Notes: generated by a model not told the origin, from the letters alone. A stretch of DNA of 53,798 bases from Azolla caroliniana (GCA_043228905.1 JBHGNT010000203.1:1-53798); one strand, 5' to 3'. Positions 21,457 through 35,980 are shown, counted from the stretch's first letter. Numbers and translations are program-made.

Positions 21457-24400
21457 ATGTTTCGCCTGCTCCTGAGAACGAGGAGCCAGAGCTCATCCAA
21501 GCCTGCCTCACACCCTACTCTCCTTCTTCCTTCAACACCGTTGAAAGACCATACTTGTTGCTGCCCCTCCTCGGCAAGGCCCTCGTCTGCCTCAGATTCC
21601 GCCCAATTTGGTCAAATCCTCCCCCTCCCCGCTGCCCTGTTTGCTCTTTCAAGAAGAAGTTTCAAATCTGGCAGTGGTGATCTCGATGCCCCTAGCAGAA
21701 CACACGATGAAAGCGAGAATCTGATAACTGATGATGTTCTTCCCCTCGATTCCCATGGACGGGCCAAAAATCGTTCATTTCCAAGCGAGCATCAATCAAG
21801 TTCGGGAGATTATCTGTTAGTTCCCAGAGGAAGTAGTCGGTTACTCCTATCAGCTGAAAATAGATTATTCTCAGGAGAAGTTAGGTCACTTTCAGGCGAA
21901 AACGGTTCAGTTTTGGGTGGAAGTCAGTTACTTTCTCGTGAAGAACAGTTACTCATAGGTAAGAAAAGGTCATCTGCAAGAGAAGATCCATTACGTTTGC
22001 AGCTGAATGGATTTGTTTCAGCATATACGCGTGGAGTGGCTGGAGTGGTTATACTTCTACTTTTGGTGGCTGCTATCTATCCTTCAAAAGGTGACGATAG
22101 CATCTTCGTTTTGCCTGTTCCTTGGAATGTGGTATCAGAGGCCTGGAATTCAAGCTTGGATGCTTGGAGAAAGATATCAACATGTTATGGCACCTTTTGC
22201 AATGCAATTTCGGCGTCATATGCGAAATTATTCGATGCTGCGAAAGACACCATGATTCTAATCCGATGCTTGAAAGTCATACTCTTTTCAAAAGGGGAAG
22301 ATTATGCTAATGAATATGCTCTTAGGTGGAGATTGAAGGTAGTTTCCTTGCTTGCTGACTTGCTAAGTTCCGATAGTGTACGAAGAAAAGCATTGCTGCA
22401 CGCGAATGGTGGCTCGGTTGTGGATTGGTTACTGGATTCTGTAGGACACGGAGAATTCGAATGGAGAATGATACAAGATGAGGCTGCCCGAGCTATATCT
22501 TACCTTCTGTTGGATGCTACTACTTGTGAGGAGTTACTTCAACGACCATCGGCGTTATATCATTTATTGCTTTTTAGTGCACCAATCCAGTCTGATGCTG
22601 AGCAGAAGGTAAAATATCACAAAAAACCGATTATTTCGAGTACATTGATAAAATTACTCAAACTATTTATGTATTTGATATATTATACATATTTTTTTAC
22701 AACCTTGGGCATTTCTTTGAGTTTGTTTCGTACAACCTTTCGGGAAAATTTAGGCTTCAGTTAAAGCTCAATGCTCCTTAAATACGAAAACGAGTTTTAG
22801 GTTTAAGCATGTGCAAATAGGTCCTGGATACTTATGTATAGGATCCATTGAAGAAAGCCAAGTTATGCATTTAATAATGATTGTTGACATGGTCATTCAG
22901 AAAACAAAGCAAAATGATCTGGAATTTTTAAAGGAAAACAGCAGCAGAACAAGGGGTCGGAGCATGCTAGTTGCGGCCATAATGGACATCATTACATCAA
23001 GCTGCGAAACTGTAAATATAGATGGGATACAGCCAAAGTTGTCTAGAAATGCTGATGTGAAAGATGTATCAGCAGCTTTGAAGGTTCTTCAGGAGGGAGG
23101 ACTGCATTTGGATGAGGGCCAGGATGACAGCCAATTTAAGGGATATGATAGCAGTACAATGAATGGGGTTGGAGGGACCATAGTAGAGGAAAAAACTTTG
23201 GTTGATGTCCAAAATGAACAAACCAATCAAACGGATAAAAATGATCAAAAAAGTTATATTTGGACTCTATATGCCTACTGGGGAAATAAATGGTGGAATT
23301 CAAATAAGGATAGTGAGGGGTCAGGTCCAAAAGATAAACTTCTGAGTTTAAATGCCACAGATCCTAAAAATTTGAAAGGAAGTATGAAGACCCATGGACT
23401 ATGGGATGATCTTCAGGGAAAGCATGTTGCTGTGCCATTGGCAGCTTGGGCCATAGCGACATGGGCGCACATGTCAAGTGCAAATTGTGAAAAGATATTG
23501 GAGCTTGATAAGAATGGGGATGGAATTTTGGCGGCTATAATGGCACCTGAACGTACAGTTAAGTGGCATGGGGCTATTACATCACGCCTGATAGTGGAGA
23601 ATGGATATGAGAATTATGTGGTTCAATGGGGAAATGCACTGCTGAATGCAGCAAGAGAGGTCTGTGAAACAGAGGATATGCAACTTGCCTTGATCACATT
23701 GAATTCATTCTACTCTTGTGTCAAGAGGAGCGTGAAGATGCAAGAATCTGTCTCAGGAGAGAGTCTTTCTACATTACGGGAAATTGCTACAGAAACATCT
23801 AAAAATGCGAACTTGCAAGGAGTGATAGCTGAAGTACTTGATATCTTAAGCTTCAATGGTGTAGGTTTTTCTGCTCAGGAGGGGAAGAAATGGTGTACTA
23901 TTCTCTTTCACTGGATGTTTCATGACAGTTTTGAAGATACAACACATTTGACAGCAGCGAGAATTCTTGATGATATATTGGAAAAACTTGGTGTCGATGG
24001 TGTTCCTCTTTCCCAAACTTGGCTTGCCATGATAATTTTCGATATAATTAATGGTGTTGAACCAAACATGACGAAGACAGAGGTGGCTCCGAGCAAATCT
24101 AAAGCTCTTGTCCAGGTATCGTCTGTTGCTTTGCAGTAGGAGGATTAGTTCACAGGTCAATCATCCCTAACTAAACTAAATTTGTGCTTTCTGGTTTGTA
24201 AGGAAATGGTTTTATGCCTGAGTTCTTATTTGTTATTAAATATGCGCACCTCTTTTTCTGATTTCTTTTTTGTACCTTTTCACCCAATTGCACATTGCAT
24301 AGAATCGATCAAAGCAGGTGGCAACACAAGCAGCTAATGAAGTGGCAAAGGCAGCGTGGAAGTCAATGGGTGAAGTTAATGGATTTTTTGATATGAAACC

Positions 24401-27400
24401 AACCAGTAATGGATCTGAACTAGAATGGGAAGATCTCGCAAAGTTAGATATTTTTCGTTCTTTTCCGAAGGGGACAAGGAAAGAAAAAGCAAAGCTTACA
24501 CCTGTTAATGCTGCTGATGTATCAGCGAAGGCTATGAAAGCGCTCGCAGAACTATCGGCAGACGAAGAAAATTACCAGATAAAGATGCTAGAAAAAGGGG
24601 CTCTGTATCTACTACGAAGGTTTATGCTCAATGATGATTATGATAAATCAGATATGCCATTAAATCAGGCTGAAGAAAAGCGTGTTATGCAAGAAAGTGC
24701 TGATGTTGTGTATGTGCCAGAATCAAAGATGCCTCCATCCATTCACCTTCGCAGACATGCTTTGAGAATGTTGGCAATGTTGTCTCTACAGCCATTGGCG
24801 TCCTCATTTTTAAAAGATGACCAAAATTGGTATAGATGGCTAGAGGATTGCTCTCGCAGTCGAATACCTAATTGCAAGGACTTGAAAACTTGCAGCTATG
24901 CTCGGGCAACACTGTATAATGTAGACACTGTAAACAGATTTGCACTGTATAACCTTCAGAATTTAAGGCATGAAAAGCGACCGTGGCCTCACTATGAAGA
25001 CAGAGTGTTTCTGGTTAATACAGAGTCACCCCTTTGGAGATTGTCAACCAGAGAGAAGCTACTAGAAGCAGCTGGAGATGTGGTAGGTAATGAGGAGGAA
25101 CAAGCTCTTCTGAATGATTTTGACATGGACGTGGTTTTTGTGCATGGTCTTTGTGGTGGACCTTTCAAGACTTGGCGCATAACAGATGATAAAGCTGCTA
25201 CAGTTACGGCAGGTTTGGTAGAAAAGATTGATGTCGATTCAGGGAGAGAAGGAACTTGTTGGCCAAAGCAATGGCTAGCTACTGATGTTCCAACATGCCG
25301 TCTTTTGACTGTAAAATACAAGGTGCATATATAATTATTTGATAATTTTTTCTTTCCAACGACAAATGTTACCAAGAGTGCCATAGAAAACAACTTTAAC
25401 AATACTTTTAACAATACTTTTCGAAATACTATCTCATAGTGATGCCATAGTCATAGGACCTGTTAATCCTGTTTCTGAAAGAATGAAATTATGTAGTTGA
25501 TATAACAAAGAGACCTGAACAGATTGGTCCTCAAGATGGCATCATAAACTTGGAGCTTGGCTTCCAATTTCCCTTGATGTTTGTAAGGAAAGAGTATGTT
25601 AGATTTACCATTATTAATGGGAGGTACACTTTTTTGCATATCTTGTGTCAAGGTAAAAAATATCGATCATTCTTTAAGTAGATATATTCAAGCTATACTA
25701 TTTTCAGGCAAGATTTATTAAATTCTGTTTGATATCTTGAAAAGTTTCATGCATTAACAACGCTTATTAATGCATAAAACCATGTTTTTATTTATCATTG
25801 ATAACTATTTTGTTTCTGTTTGGGGTTCTGCAGACAAACCTCTCTGAATGGTCTGGTGCAACATTACCTTTACAAGTAAGCAAATTGTTTGACGTGGTGA
25901 TTAGAATTTTTGTCTTGCAGAAACTTTGTTTCATAAACTCTATTTTGGGTCGCATCTTGAACTCTCCTGCAGCACTTGGAAACCGAAATGAAACATGTTC
26001 AATCTATGTACAATCATAATAGCTCCATTATTTCATTCCAAAATCTTATGTTTGACATTTGTATCAACATAGAGGGCATTGAAGCCAAATGGAACTTGAC
26101 CCATAATTCTGTATACATACATTCTTATTGCACCTTGATTGGAGGTACTTGTTAAGGGTGGAGGCAAAATCAACATAGATCCATGGATGCCATATTCTTT
26201 GTGTGGATAAAGAAGGGATAGTTTTCAATGAAAAAGACTTTGTGAAGACATTGGGCGGTGTCCTACATGATTGCTGCTGCAAAAGTAAAAAATGCTCTTT
26301 CCATAGCTACCTCACTAGAGAGAGAGAGAGAGAGAGAGAGAGAGTAAAAATGATTCATGATTCAGAATATTCTTGGATATAGATCAGTAAACAGTGACGG
26401 ATTGAATTACATGTATTGGGTGACTGATTGCTGGAGACCTTAAGCATGAGTAAAGGAGGATACCATTAGAGAGATCAAGTGGGAAGCAGTGAGATCTTTT
26501 CTTATACCTGGAGATGATAATGGATTCCATCAGGCACATGGAGGTTTAGAAACCGAGGGAGAGGAGGGGATTACACATTAACCAAAGTTAGAAAAAAATA
26601 ATCTTAGCTGATTTTGTGGAATTGATAGAAATTGTCTGGATTCCATCATTTACATATGGATAGGAGCAGTTATAAAATAGGCGAGATTTAACATTGCTGA
26701 AATAGAGCTGTGTATATCTTTCTGTACTCTCCCAATTTTTAAACCACCATAGTATTTCGTATTATGGGGTTATAAATATAAACCTGAATCCAGTCCTGCT
26801 ACAATGGCTGTTTACTCATTCGGTATGGCATTGTTTCATAAGTCAAATTGTATATATTCATAGAGAATGTTCTTTGCTGTTTACTAATTCGGTATGGCAT
26901 TGTTTCATAAGTCAAATTGTATATATTCATAGAGAATGTTCTTTGAATTTAAAAGATTTGTTCGCCCATAGGTTGGCATTTGTAAAAAGGAGCATAACAA
27001 TTATGCTGGTCAAGGAAATAATACTGCTAACATATTTTCATAAAACTAGTCCACTCAAAGAATAAAGACAGTAGATGGAAGGAGAGAAGAGAAATGAAAC
27101 CTACATTTTTGAAGGGAAGATTATAGTTTGAGTAAATTATTAAGTTTCTTTTGTAGGAAGTGAGTGAGGTACTTCTCAAGAAGCTTTTGGCCGCTGGAGT
27201 TGGAGAACGACCTGTGGTGTTTATAACTCACAGGTGTGATGAACAAGAGTTAATCAATTTACTACATTTTTTCTACAATTGGGACATAAATCTAATTGGC
27301 TTAATTCCTGTATGCGTGCTAGCCTGGGAGGCTTAGTTGTAAAACAGATGCTGATGCAAGCTGCAAAAGATAAAGAATGCTCAAAGTTTTTGAAAAAGAC

Positions 27401-28377
27401 TGCTGGTGTAGTATGTATATTAGGCTTCTCCCTTTATCCCTACTATGCTTGATTTTAGATGCTAAAAAAGTACTCTTTATCTCCATAATTGTCTCAGGTG
27501 TTTTATAGCTGTCCGCATTTTGGTAGCAAGCTTGCTGATATGCCGTGGCGATTTGGCTTTGTCATACGGCCATCACCCTCAGTAAGTGAGAGAATTTTGT
27601 ATTATAGAACGAAGCTTTTTCCTGTTGGTCAGCCATGTGAGTACAATTACATAATCTGAGTGGGATATCCTATGATTATATCGTAGACGAGCGAGCTTAG
27701 AAGTGGTTCTGCACGGCTAGATGAGCTTAATCAGTTCTTCCGTACTCTGAGCAAAGGTGGCCTAGAAGTTCTCAGCTTCAGCGAGGTCTGGCATTCATCA
27801 TTATTGTCATAATGAAGTTCTATATGTAACACTTAATGTGTATAGATATATGTGATATCTACCTTTGTACATAATGTTGTAGATTTCCACTTATGGTTAG
27901 CCACCCTTTTAACATATATACATATATACCACATATAAATGTATACTTCTATACCTATATGTCCATAATATATATGTATGTATTTGTAGAAATGTAACAT
28001 GTATGTACATATATGGGACAACTTGTTGATTCATGCAACTTATTCATATTCTTAGACAAAGGTCACTCCACTTGTGGAAGGGTATGGAGGATGGGCATTA
28101 CGTATGGAGGTTGTGCCCATTGAGTCTGCATACCCAGGATTTGGGAAGCTTGTGGTAAGCTACATAAAGTAGAACGTTTGATCTATTTTATATAAGCAGA
28201 GATTTGGTGCCGGGTTAATGAATTTTATTTTATATTGGACTCCTGCAGGTTCTTGATGGTAGTGACCATGTAAATTCTTGTAAACCTCTTAACAAGGATG
28301 ATGCTGCTTATACTCAAACGTTAGAGTTCTTGCAAGAAATTTTGAGGTCTTTAAAGGGCAACGATACATCCAGATAG
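21457..28377 (+). CDS. ARM-like repeat + SERAC1/PGAP1-type alpha/beta hydrolase. Exons 21457-22608, 22901-24115, 24303-25322, 25834-25875, 27157-27233, 27323-27410, 27498-27581, 27687-27785, 28056-28154, 28249-28377
   Basis: DVVFVHGLCGGPFKTWR, WPKQWL, nucleophile elbow THSLGGLVVKQ, FYSCPHFGSKLA, DHVNSCKP. Ser/Arg-rich N-terminus resembles an organellar transit peptide and is followed by one hydrophobic helix. Junctions are GT-AG and in frame. Confidence 0.92.
26807..26945. repeat. Intronic ~69-bp tandem duplication
   Basis: gctgtttact(c/a)attcggtatggcattgtttcataagtcaaattgtatatattcatagagaatgttctttg occurs twice. Confidence 0.9.
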
Positions 28378-30231
28378 TATGTTAGCGTCATTTTCTTGTT
28401 ATACATTCTGTGAATAGAGAAATTCATCATTATACATTTTTTGTATACAATATGTTGTATTGCATAGCTATATATATACAGAAAGTGCTGGAAGCTGCCA
28501 GCACTGCTGGAGAAATTTTGTACTAAAATACACCAGAGATGGTGAATATGTCATCAAATCAATAAGAAATTATGTAAGATAAATTTGTTGGTCACATTGA
28601 TACAGCCTTTTGAAATACAAACATTGAGATCTGTCCTGCAAAGCTTCACTTCTACTCTTGTTTCGTGTTTATTGTTTATAGAGCCTCAATGGGGAACATA
28701 CACTTTGGTATTCATTTGTATGTTGTTACTATTTGGGAATTTTTAGTATCGCCTACATCTAGCACTACAAGTCTAGAAGATTCAAATGCAAATTTTGTTT
28801 ATGGAGAAGAAATTGGACAGCACAAATAATGTTGCACTATTATCATAGTTTTTATTGAAGGAGGCAAAGTTTTCAAAGGCATCTCTGGTCATGCATATTT
28901 ATCGATACATGGCCTACATTGAGCTATAGATGGTAAGGTCCATTATCATTTCGTATAATCTTCACACTGGTATTTTGTGCTTAGATATGTTGTGCATCCT
29001 ATATATGATTTGGTGGTCACCCGTATATAGTTCTAATATCAAATCTATGTGAGGTTTCAAGTGACATGGGCACTTCAAATGTGCAATATGAAGGACAGAT
29101 TGTAACTATTGGGTCCATTGTTCTTAATCATTTATATTGCATTCTAGAATTGGTTGTTTCTCATATAAAAGTAGTGTATTTGTTAAATTTCTTTAAATGC
29201 CTTCTCCGGGAAATGCTTATTAGTTCTTCATGAACTTGCCTTTTGTTTGTCTTATAAATCGTAGTACTCGTGAAAATAGTTTATCTTACACTTTTGAACT
29301 TGTTTTCTTGAATTATATCAAAAACCTTGTACCTAGCTATGTAATGTTTTACTTGTATGGGAAATATTTAGTGTTCATGTTTGGAAGCCTTTGAAGGCTT
29401 CATTTTCTCAGCATATTTCTCATAGATGTAATTGGTCAAAGAAGTGTTATTGGCCATTCATCATTCCCTCACCAACTTATCAAACATCATTCTATCTCGT
29501 GAAACTTGGTTGAGGTTCAATCTCAACCAATAAAATAACAATATCAACTCAAATGGGTTAAGAGTTCCAATGTTTCCCCAACCAATCAAATATCAATATT
29601 GTGGGCCATCTACATGCCATGCTTTTTCATTTCATTAATGTCCCAACTACAAAGTGTTTGTATGCGACTTACAAACAAACTACACTTGTATTAAAAATGC
29701 TTGAGAAAATGAAGTTGGCGTTGCATACAGTATCATTTATTCGAAACGAATTACATAATCTTGCCACTAGCCAAATGTTATGCATATGTGCAATGCTCAT
29801 AAATTAATATGAGACTGTTTTTACTTGTGATAGGAAGATGTCAATCAATTTGAAAAATACCTTTTGCACTAGGACCCCATTTCTCTAATTAAGAGTTAGA
29901 AGTGTCCAACCAATATAACTCCAAAGACGACTTCATTAAGAATCCATTTCTTTCTACTATCTAATTTTAGGACAAAGACTGAAATATATTCGAGTTTTCT
30001 CTTCATTTCCCAAGATTCCCCGAGGCTTTTGTTATCTTCCTGAATGCCATTGCGAGGCCCTCTACGGACAATTTATTGGCTTTATTTCAGCAATTTCCTA
30101 TTTGCCAAAGGTTTTAACCAAGGGCATTTCGGGAAATAAGCAGAGCTGAGGGGCATAATGGAGATAAAGAACAATCTTTTCTATTAAATCTTGACCTTTC
30201 TTCCAGCCCTCCTGTTCAATCACTAAGTGTG

Positions 30232-30273
30232 TTTTAGGGTTTCTAACTGTTCTGTGCAGTGTTTTAGGGTTCC
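30232..30273. promoter_or_regulatory. Telo-box-like motifs (TTTTAGGGTT x2) in the 5' region of the PPR gene
   Basis: gttttagggtttc and gttttagggttcc; the reverse complement matches the AAACCCTA telo-box. Confidence 0.35.
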
Positions 30274-30361
30274 TAACATTGCGTGAATGAAAATGTAGTA
30301 CGTGCTGATATAACGTTAATGTTTCTTCGGTTGTCCTTCTACAGCTAGAAGGAAACTAGCT

Positions 30362-32359
30362 ATGGCAGCATCAATCCTTCACAAATCCAAACATTTAAGA
30401 TGCTATGGAAAAGGAGAACACAAGCGTAAGCTCATCATTTCAAAAGTCAAACCGATATCTGAGAGTGTCGTAAAAACTAACATACAAGAAGAGATACACG
30501 CAATTTGCAGTGTTTTGAAGGATCGATGTTGGGATGGTGATATAGAACAAATGCTAAAGAATGTTGTAGTTGGTAAATTAACTACGATTCATGTTCAAGA
30601 AACCCTTAAACAGATAAAGAATATTCATACGTCGGTTGGATTCTTCATTTGGGCTGGAAAACAGGTAGGTTTTAGACATAACTCTGTTACTTATCATTCT
30701 ATACTCAAGCTTGTTGGTTATGCTGAAGAATTTCAATTCTTAGAGAAGCTTTTGCTTGCAATGAGATCAGATAAGTGTAAATTGAATACCACCACTTTTA
30801 ATATAGTCATTTCGAGCTATGGAAAAGCCGGTTTAACACGCAAAGCTTGGTCTACTTTTGCCAAAATGAGAGCTTTTCGGTGTATTCCTGACACTTTGAC
30901 CTATAATGCACTCATGAATGCTTATGTTAAGAAAGGAGCATGGAACCGAGTGAAAGAACTATATAGCCAAATGTTTGAAGTTGGCCCGACTCCCGATTCA
31001 TATACTTTTAACACTCTAATTGATGGCCTTCTGAAAGCAAAAAGGATGAATGATGCATCATTGATGTTGCGAGAGATGGTTATTAGTGGATATTCACCCT
31101 CTGTGGTCTCTTATAACACTCTGATGGAGGGTCTTTGTGAAGAAGATAAAGTAGATGAAGCTTGCATTCTAATGGGCAATATGATGAGGAATGGTTGTAT
31201 TCCAACAGTGATTACTTACAACATTTTGATCAATGGAATGTCTAAGGTTGGGCGAATGGTCGATGCTCGTATAATTGTTCACTTAATGCAAGAGATTGGT
31301 TGTTTTCCAAATGTTCATACCTATACAATAATCATGAATGGATGCATGAAGACCCATGAGACCAATGAAGCTTGGAGTACATTTCTTGCGATGAAAAAGA
31401 GAGAATGTGTTCCTGATATTATTACATATGGAGTCCTTATGGATGGATTCTATAAGGCAGATAAGTTAGAAGCGGGATTTGAACTCATGGTAGAGACTTT
31501 AGCGATGAAAATCCATCTCAACACTGTTGTATATACAATGTTGCTAGATTGTCTGTGTAAGACCAATAAGGCTGACTTGGCACATACAATTTTAGATGAT
31601 ATGCTATGCAATCGATGCATTCCTGATCTGATAACTTACCGAGCTCTAATAAATGGTCTCTCCAAATCGGGTAAATTCTCAAAAGCGTATGAAGTAATGA
31701 TAGAACTGATCAAATACACGTCTAGCACACTGGATCTTGCAAATATCAAGGCAGTGATAGATGGACTGTGTAAAGGTGGATACATCAAAGAAGCTATGGA
31801 GTGGTTCAATGGACTTCCTCACAACAAGATAGTCCCTGATATCATTCTTTATAAAGTGATTATAGGGTCTGCTTATAGAAAGGATTGGTTAGGGGATGCT
31901 TATACCGTTATGGAAGCAATGATGAGGGCGGGTTTCTATCCTAATGCAAAGTTCTTTTATGACATGATACTTGGATATTGTGAACAAGGCAAATTTGATA
32001 TGGCAAATAAGGTCTTGGAGGACATGATGGTGAATGAAAAGATTTTACCCATAGATTCCTCGAAGGACTGGGATTATAATGAAAACGATTTCTCTAGTGC
32101 CATCACTCTTTTCTACACATCTATGGATAGAGTTCCTCCACAACAAATTTTGTCATTTGTAGAAGCATTTCTTTACCTCTGTCAATGCGGTGCTTTTTCA
32201 CTTGCAATAAAGCTTCTTGAGAGGATGATGACGCGTGAGTTTTTCAAGCCGATGTCAGGAGGCATGAAAATTCTTCACACTTGGTTGAGCCATGGTGAGT
32301 TGCATAAGGTTATGATAGCTTTGTCAGGGTTACGTATTCAAGGGAAGATGTCTGCCTAG
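30362..32359 (+). CDS. P-class pentatricopeptide repeat protein (665 aa, intronless CDS)
   Basis: A dozen or more tandem 35-aa repeats (TYNALMNAYVK, TFNTLIDGLLK, SYNTLMEGLCE, TYNILINGMSK...). N-terminal FFIWAGKQVGFRHN. No E/DYW domain. Confidence 0.97.
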   Translation: MAASILHKSKHLRCYGKGEHKRKLIISKVKPISESVVKTNIQEEIHAICSVLKDRCWDGDIEQMLKNVVVGKLTTIHVQETLKQIKNIHTSVGFFIWAGKQVGFRHNSVTYHSILKLVGYAEEFQFLEKLLLAMRSDKCKLNTTTFNIVISSYGKAGLTRKAWSTFAKMRAFRCIPDTLTYNALMNAYVKKGAWNRVKELYSQMFEVGPTPDSYTFNTLIDGLLKAKRMNDASLMLREMVISGYSPSVVSYNTLMEGLCEEDKVDEACILMGNMMRNGCIPTVITYNILINGMSKVGRMVDARIIVHLMQEIGCFPNVHTYTIIMNGCMKTHETNEAWSTFLAMKKRECVPDIITYGVLMDGFYKADKLEAGFELMVETLAMKIHLNTVVYTMLLDCLCKTNKADLAHTILDDMLCNRCIPDLITYRALINGLSKSGKFSKAYEVMIELIKYTSSTLDLANIKAVIDGLCKGGYIKEAMEWFNGLPHNKIVPDIILYKVIIGSAYRKDWLGDAYTVMEAMMRAGFYPNAKFFYDMILGYCEQGKFDMANKVLEDMMVNEKILPIDSSKDWDYNENDFSSAITLFYTSMDRVPPQQILSFVEAFLYLCQCGAFSLAIKLLERMMTREFFKPMSGGMKILHTWLSHGELHKVMIALSGLRIQGKMSA

Positions 32360-33089
32360 CCATATGCAGGCAATTTTCCAAGACTGTATTACTCAAGAAA
32401 ATAAATGCATGTAACCATATGAAAGGTAATCCTTATTCAGGTATTATTCTTTTTTCTTCTCCCATCTAAGAAAAGGGCAAATCATGTTATATGTGCTGTT
32501 CTGAGTAGTCAACTTTTAGAAAACATGGTAGGATATCATTCTATGAGCTTATACATGCCAATAATTCACATTGTGTTTGCTGTAGTAATCTAGAACATAC
32601 AGTCTCGATTCTAACATATTAGCTGATTTCTTTCATGGCTATTAGGTTATTTTCAGACCACCAGGATGGATAACTATGTCTATCGATCCCCACATATATA
32701 TATATGAGAGAGTAGAAAGGTATGAGCTATTTCATCCAACCAGTCTAGTGACGGCATTTTGATTGAGTAAGAGCTCAAAAGTTTTTTCCAAAGTTTTCTT
32801 AAGCTGCTCCATTCCATGTAAGCATTTTTTTCTTGAAGCATTTAAATAGTTAAGAACTCTTTTCTAGATTTCATTGGAAATATTTTAGACTTAGAAATGG
32901 TCTTAATGCAACACTTATGCCTTATGTTTTGTGTATTGACTGCAGATAGACAAAGGCTGAACAAGCTACAAATTTCAGATCAATTGGTCACGAAAGAGGA
33001 AGGGGAGTAGAATTCAATGATTTAATGTTGTTACAAAGTAAGTATAGGTATGCTTGCTTGTTAGTTTATCACCTAGCTAGTGTGCATAT

Positions 33090-33320
33090 TCTCTGTGTTT
33101 CGGTTCGTCGTCTTCTCTTTCATTTTTGTTTTGTTTGCTTTGGTGGATTCTCCTTTATTTCTCTTAATGTTTGAGTGTTTGTGTCATGACTCAAGAAACG
33201 TTTCTGTGTGTTTCGGTTTGTCGTCTTCTCTTTCTTTTTTGATTTGTTTGCTTTGGTGGATTCTCCTTTATTTCTCTTAATGTTTTAGTGTTTGTGTCAT
33301 GACTCCAGAAACGTTTCTGT
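33090..33320. repeat. ~113-bp tandem duplication
   Basis: tctgtgtttcggtt..gtcgtcttctct...gctttggtggattctcctttatttctcttaatg...gtgtcatgactc.agaaacgtttctgtg occurs twice. Confidence 0.9.
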
Positions 33321-35659
33321 GGTTTCATCTTCGAAAAACCAAAACCCCGAAACTGTTTCCTAACATAAACCAAAATTTAAAGCATCAGTATCTGAATGTA
33401 TTATAATTTCAACTTTGAAACAATTTTGTAATCTAAGTAAATCTATAAAGCATCATATTTAAATATGATTTGGACGTGGATAACCTTTTTGCACTACAGC
33501 ATTGTCATTGTTGTGATCTAACATAAAATGTCCTTTTCTTGGGATACTTGGTTGACTCCAACACGTTTTCTTTTACATATTCTTGGGTCTCATCGTTTTC
33601 TTTTGTTTGGATGCACGGAGGACTACACATTGTGCATGCTTTTTTGTCCCTGTTAGATGCAAAATGAAATTTTATTTATTCATTTGTTCTAGGAAGAAGT
33701 AAGAAAAGGTTGCATCTAGAGCAAGCTCGGTGCTAAGATGTTTCTTGCCGCATTTCCACATTGGAAGCTCAATGTCTTATTAGTCCTGTCATTCTGGGTG
33801 ACAATCAGGATGTCTAGGTAGGGACACGTGCAACAGTAACTCTACCTTGAAAAAATCTATTCAAGAAGTGGTCGATTAAATGCTAATGGAATAAAAGCTA
33901 TTCAAGAAATAGTTCTATTATCGATTGTAAAAAAGTATTCATTAATTCAAAACAAGTCTATCAATAACAGTCTGGAAATGAGATCTTTGTCAATAAAAAG
34001 AGCTAAGCTTTTTATGTATGAAGGTAGATTTAAATTGAAGCTCAGAAGGGGCATTGTTTGGTCAATTTTGATGAGAATGCTCTCTAACAGCACTGAGTAA
34101 AAAAATCATTTCTTTATTGTATGTGTATGGAGGAAAATGAAGATATGGGTTGAGAACTCCTTTTGTAATGAATGGCTTTCAATGTATTTGAGATGATGTG
34201 TGGTTGATCCAATGATCATGTGGCATTTACTCTTCAAATCTGTACTTTATGAGTTGTTTGTATCAACAGGCTGGGGACAATCTTCGATGCAGTTGTAAAA
34301 TTTCAGCTATTTCTATATATTAATGAGGGTCTATATGCAATCAAGGTAGATGCTTTAGTAAATCAATATCATGAGGAATCAATCACACATGCTACAAGAT
34401 TTGATTCCCTGATTGTAGTTAGATAAGAATAATAATACAGGATCAAGGTGTTGAACAAGGGTCTCTTTTGGAGAGATACAAATGTTTCATTGATCATAGT
34501 GCAGATAATGGGTTTCCCTCAAGTGAGGAGCACCTTGTTTGCAAACCCTATTGCAACATAAATATAGATGTAGGACAATAGTACTTATTAAAGGACTCTT
34601 CAATAGGGATTTTCCTAGGAGATCTGTGTTCCAGACTTCTCCAATGATTTCATGGATGGGAATGTGTGAATTATCATTCTCATTACTTCGAATCTATATT
34701 CTCCACATTCTTCCTTGATCATAATTTGCCTGATATTGGATTTAGAATCATGTCACCGTACATACATGAGCCCATTAGTTTATTACAGGCACATTCTTCA
34801 TGTTTACATCACATAATTTGCATGAGGTAGCATCAGAAAATAGTTGAAGTCAAAATTTTGACTATACCCACATATTTTCAGATACAACTTTTTTATTACA
34901 TAGCTTGTAGATTGTGCTCCATTCGTTTCTTATATGATATCATCTATTTGATCAGATATTGGTATTAGCTTTTGTATTACAATAGAGGTGAGATGAAATG
35001 TCTCCTTCTGTTTTATATATGTACATTTCTCAAGTAATATACTAAGGTGTATATCTTTCTTGAAAAAAAAAAAAAAAAGTATGCTTACTAGCATGTGGGT
35101 ATGGTCAAAATCTAGTGTCATTTTATTATCAATCCTAACAAAATGCTAATGAGAGTATATATTTGAAGATGAGCTTGGATATGCAAATATTGTGCAAGTC
35201 GTGACTCCATAAAGTTAATTGTTATGTCATATTGCATGTAGATATCCCACTACTATTTTATTGTTAATTTGGTGCAATGTTCTAAACAATTGATTTTGTA
35301 TTGTTTTGTCACATGTGAGTTGGTTTCAAGGGGATTGCAAAGGTTGGAGGGCAACTATGTAAGCGTGAGGCTTTATGGTTATGGTTGGTAGATTCTACAA
35401 GACTATTTAAGCTACTAAACACCAAGGAGTATTGTTTCAACCTATTCTTCTCAACTTACCCATATCCATACATTAAACAATACAAGTTTTCATGGATTAT
35501 GCTCAATCTTTGTGCAAAAGATTGTTATGCTTCAAATTTAAGTATTGAAAGATGTTAGGACCATAACAGTTGTACATTATTATCACAATTTATGGAATGT
35601 ATTGGAGTCAGTCACAAATGGTGTCTCTCATTTTCACAAGTAGATATAACGCCACCATA

Positions 35660-35980
35660 ATTTTTTGTTCAATGGTGGTGTGATACAAATGGTTTCAAGA
35701 AACACATATTTGACATATCTTTATTTGAAAACATTGCATTTAGTCACAATTCAATATTAACCATAGGGGCCTCTTGGTTGCAATGTCAATGGTGCCACCT
35801 AACCCCTTTGTTATTTTCCAATCTAAATCATCCTATGCTCACACATTTGGGATCAAACAGATTTTGGATAGTGAAATTGTTGGTCTCTACCTCCCTAGGG
35901 AAAGCAGTTTGTGGCTCAACGTTTGTTGATGATATCCTTTCCTCTTTGTATGAGCTACTTCGATTAATGTTCAAATAGTT
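35660..35980 (+). mobile_element. Highly degenerate L1 reverse-transcriptase relic
   Basis: QWCHLTPLLF and STFVDD occur at spacing compatible with RT motifs (R)QGCPLxPLLF and FADD. Confidence 0.5.
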
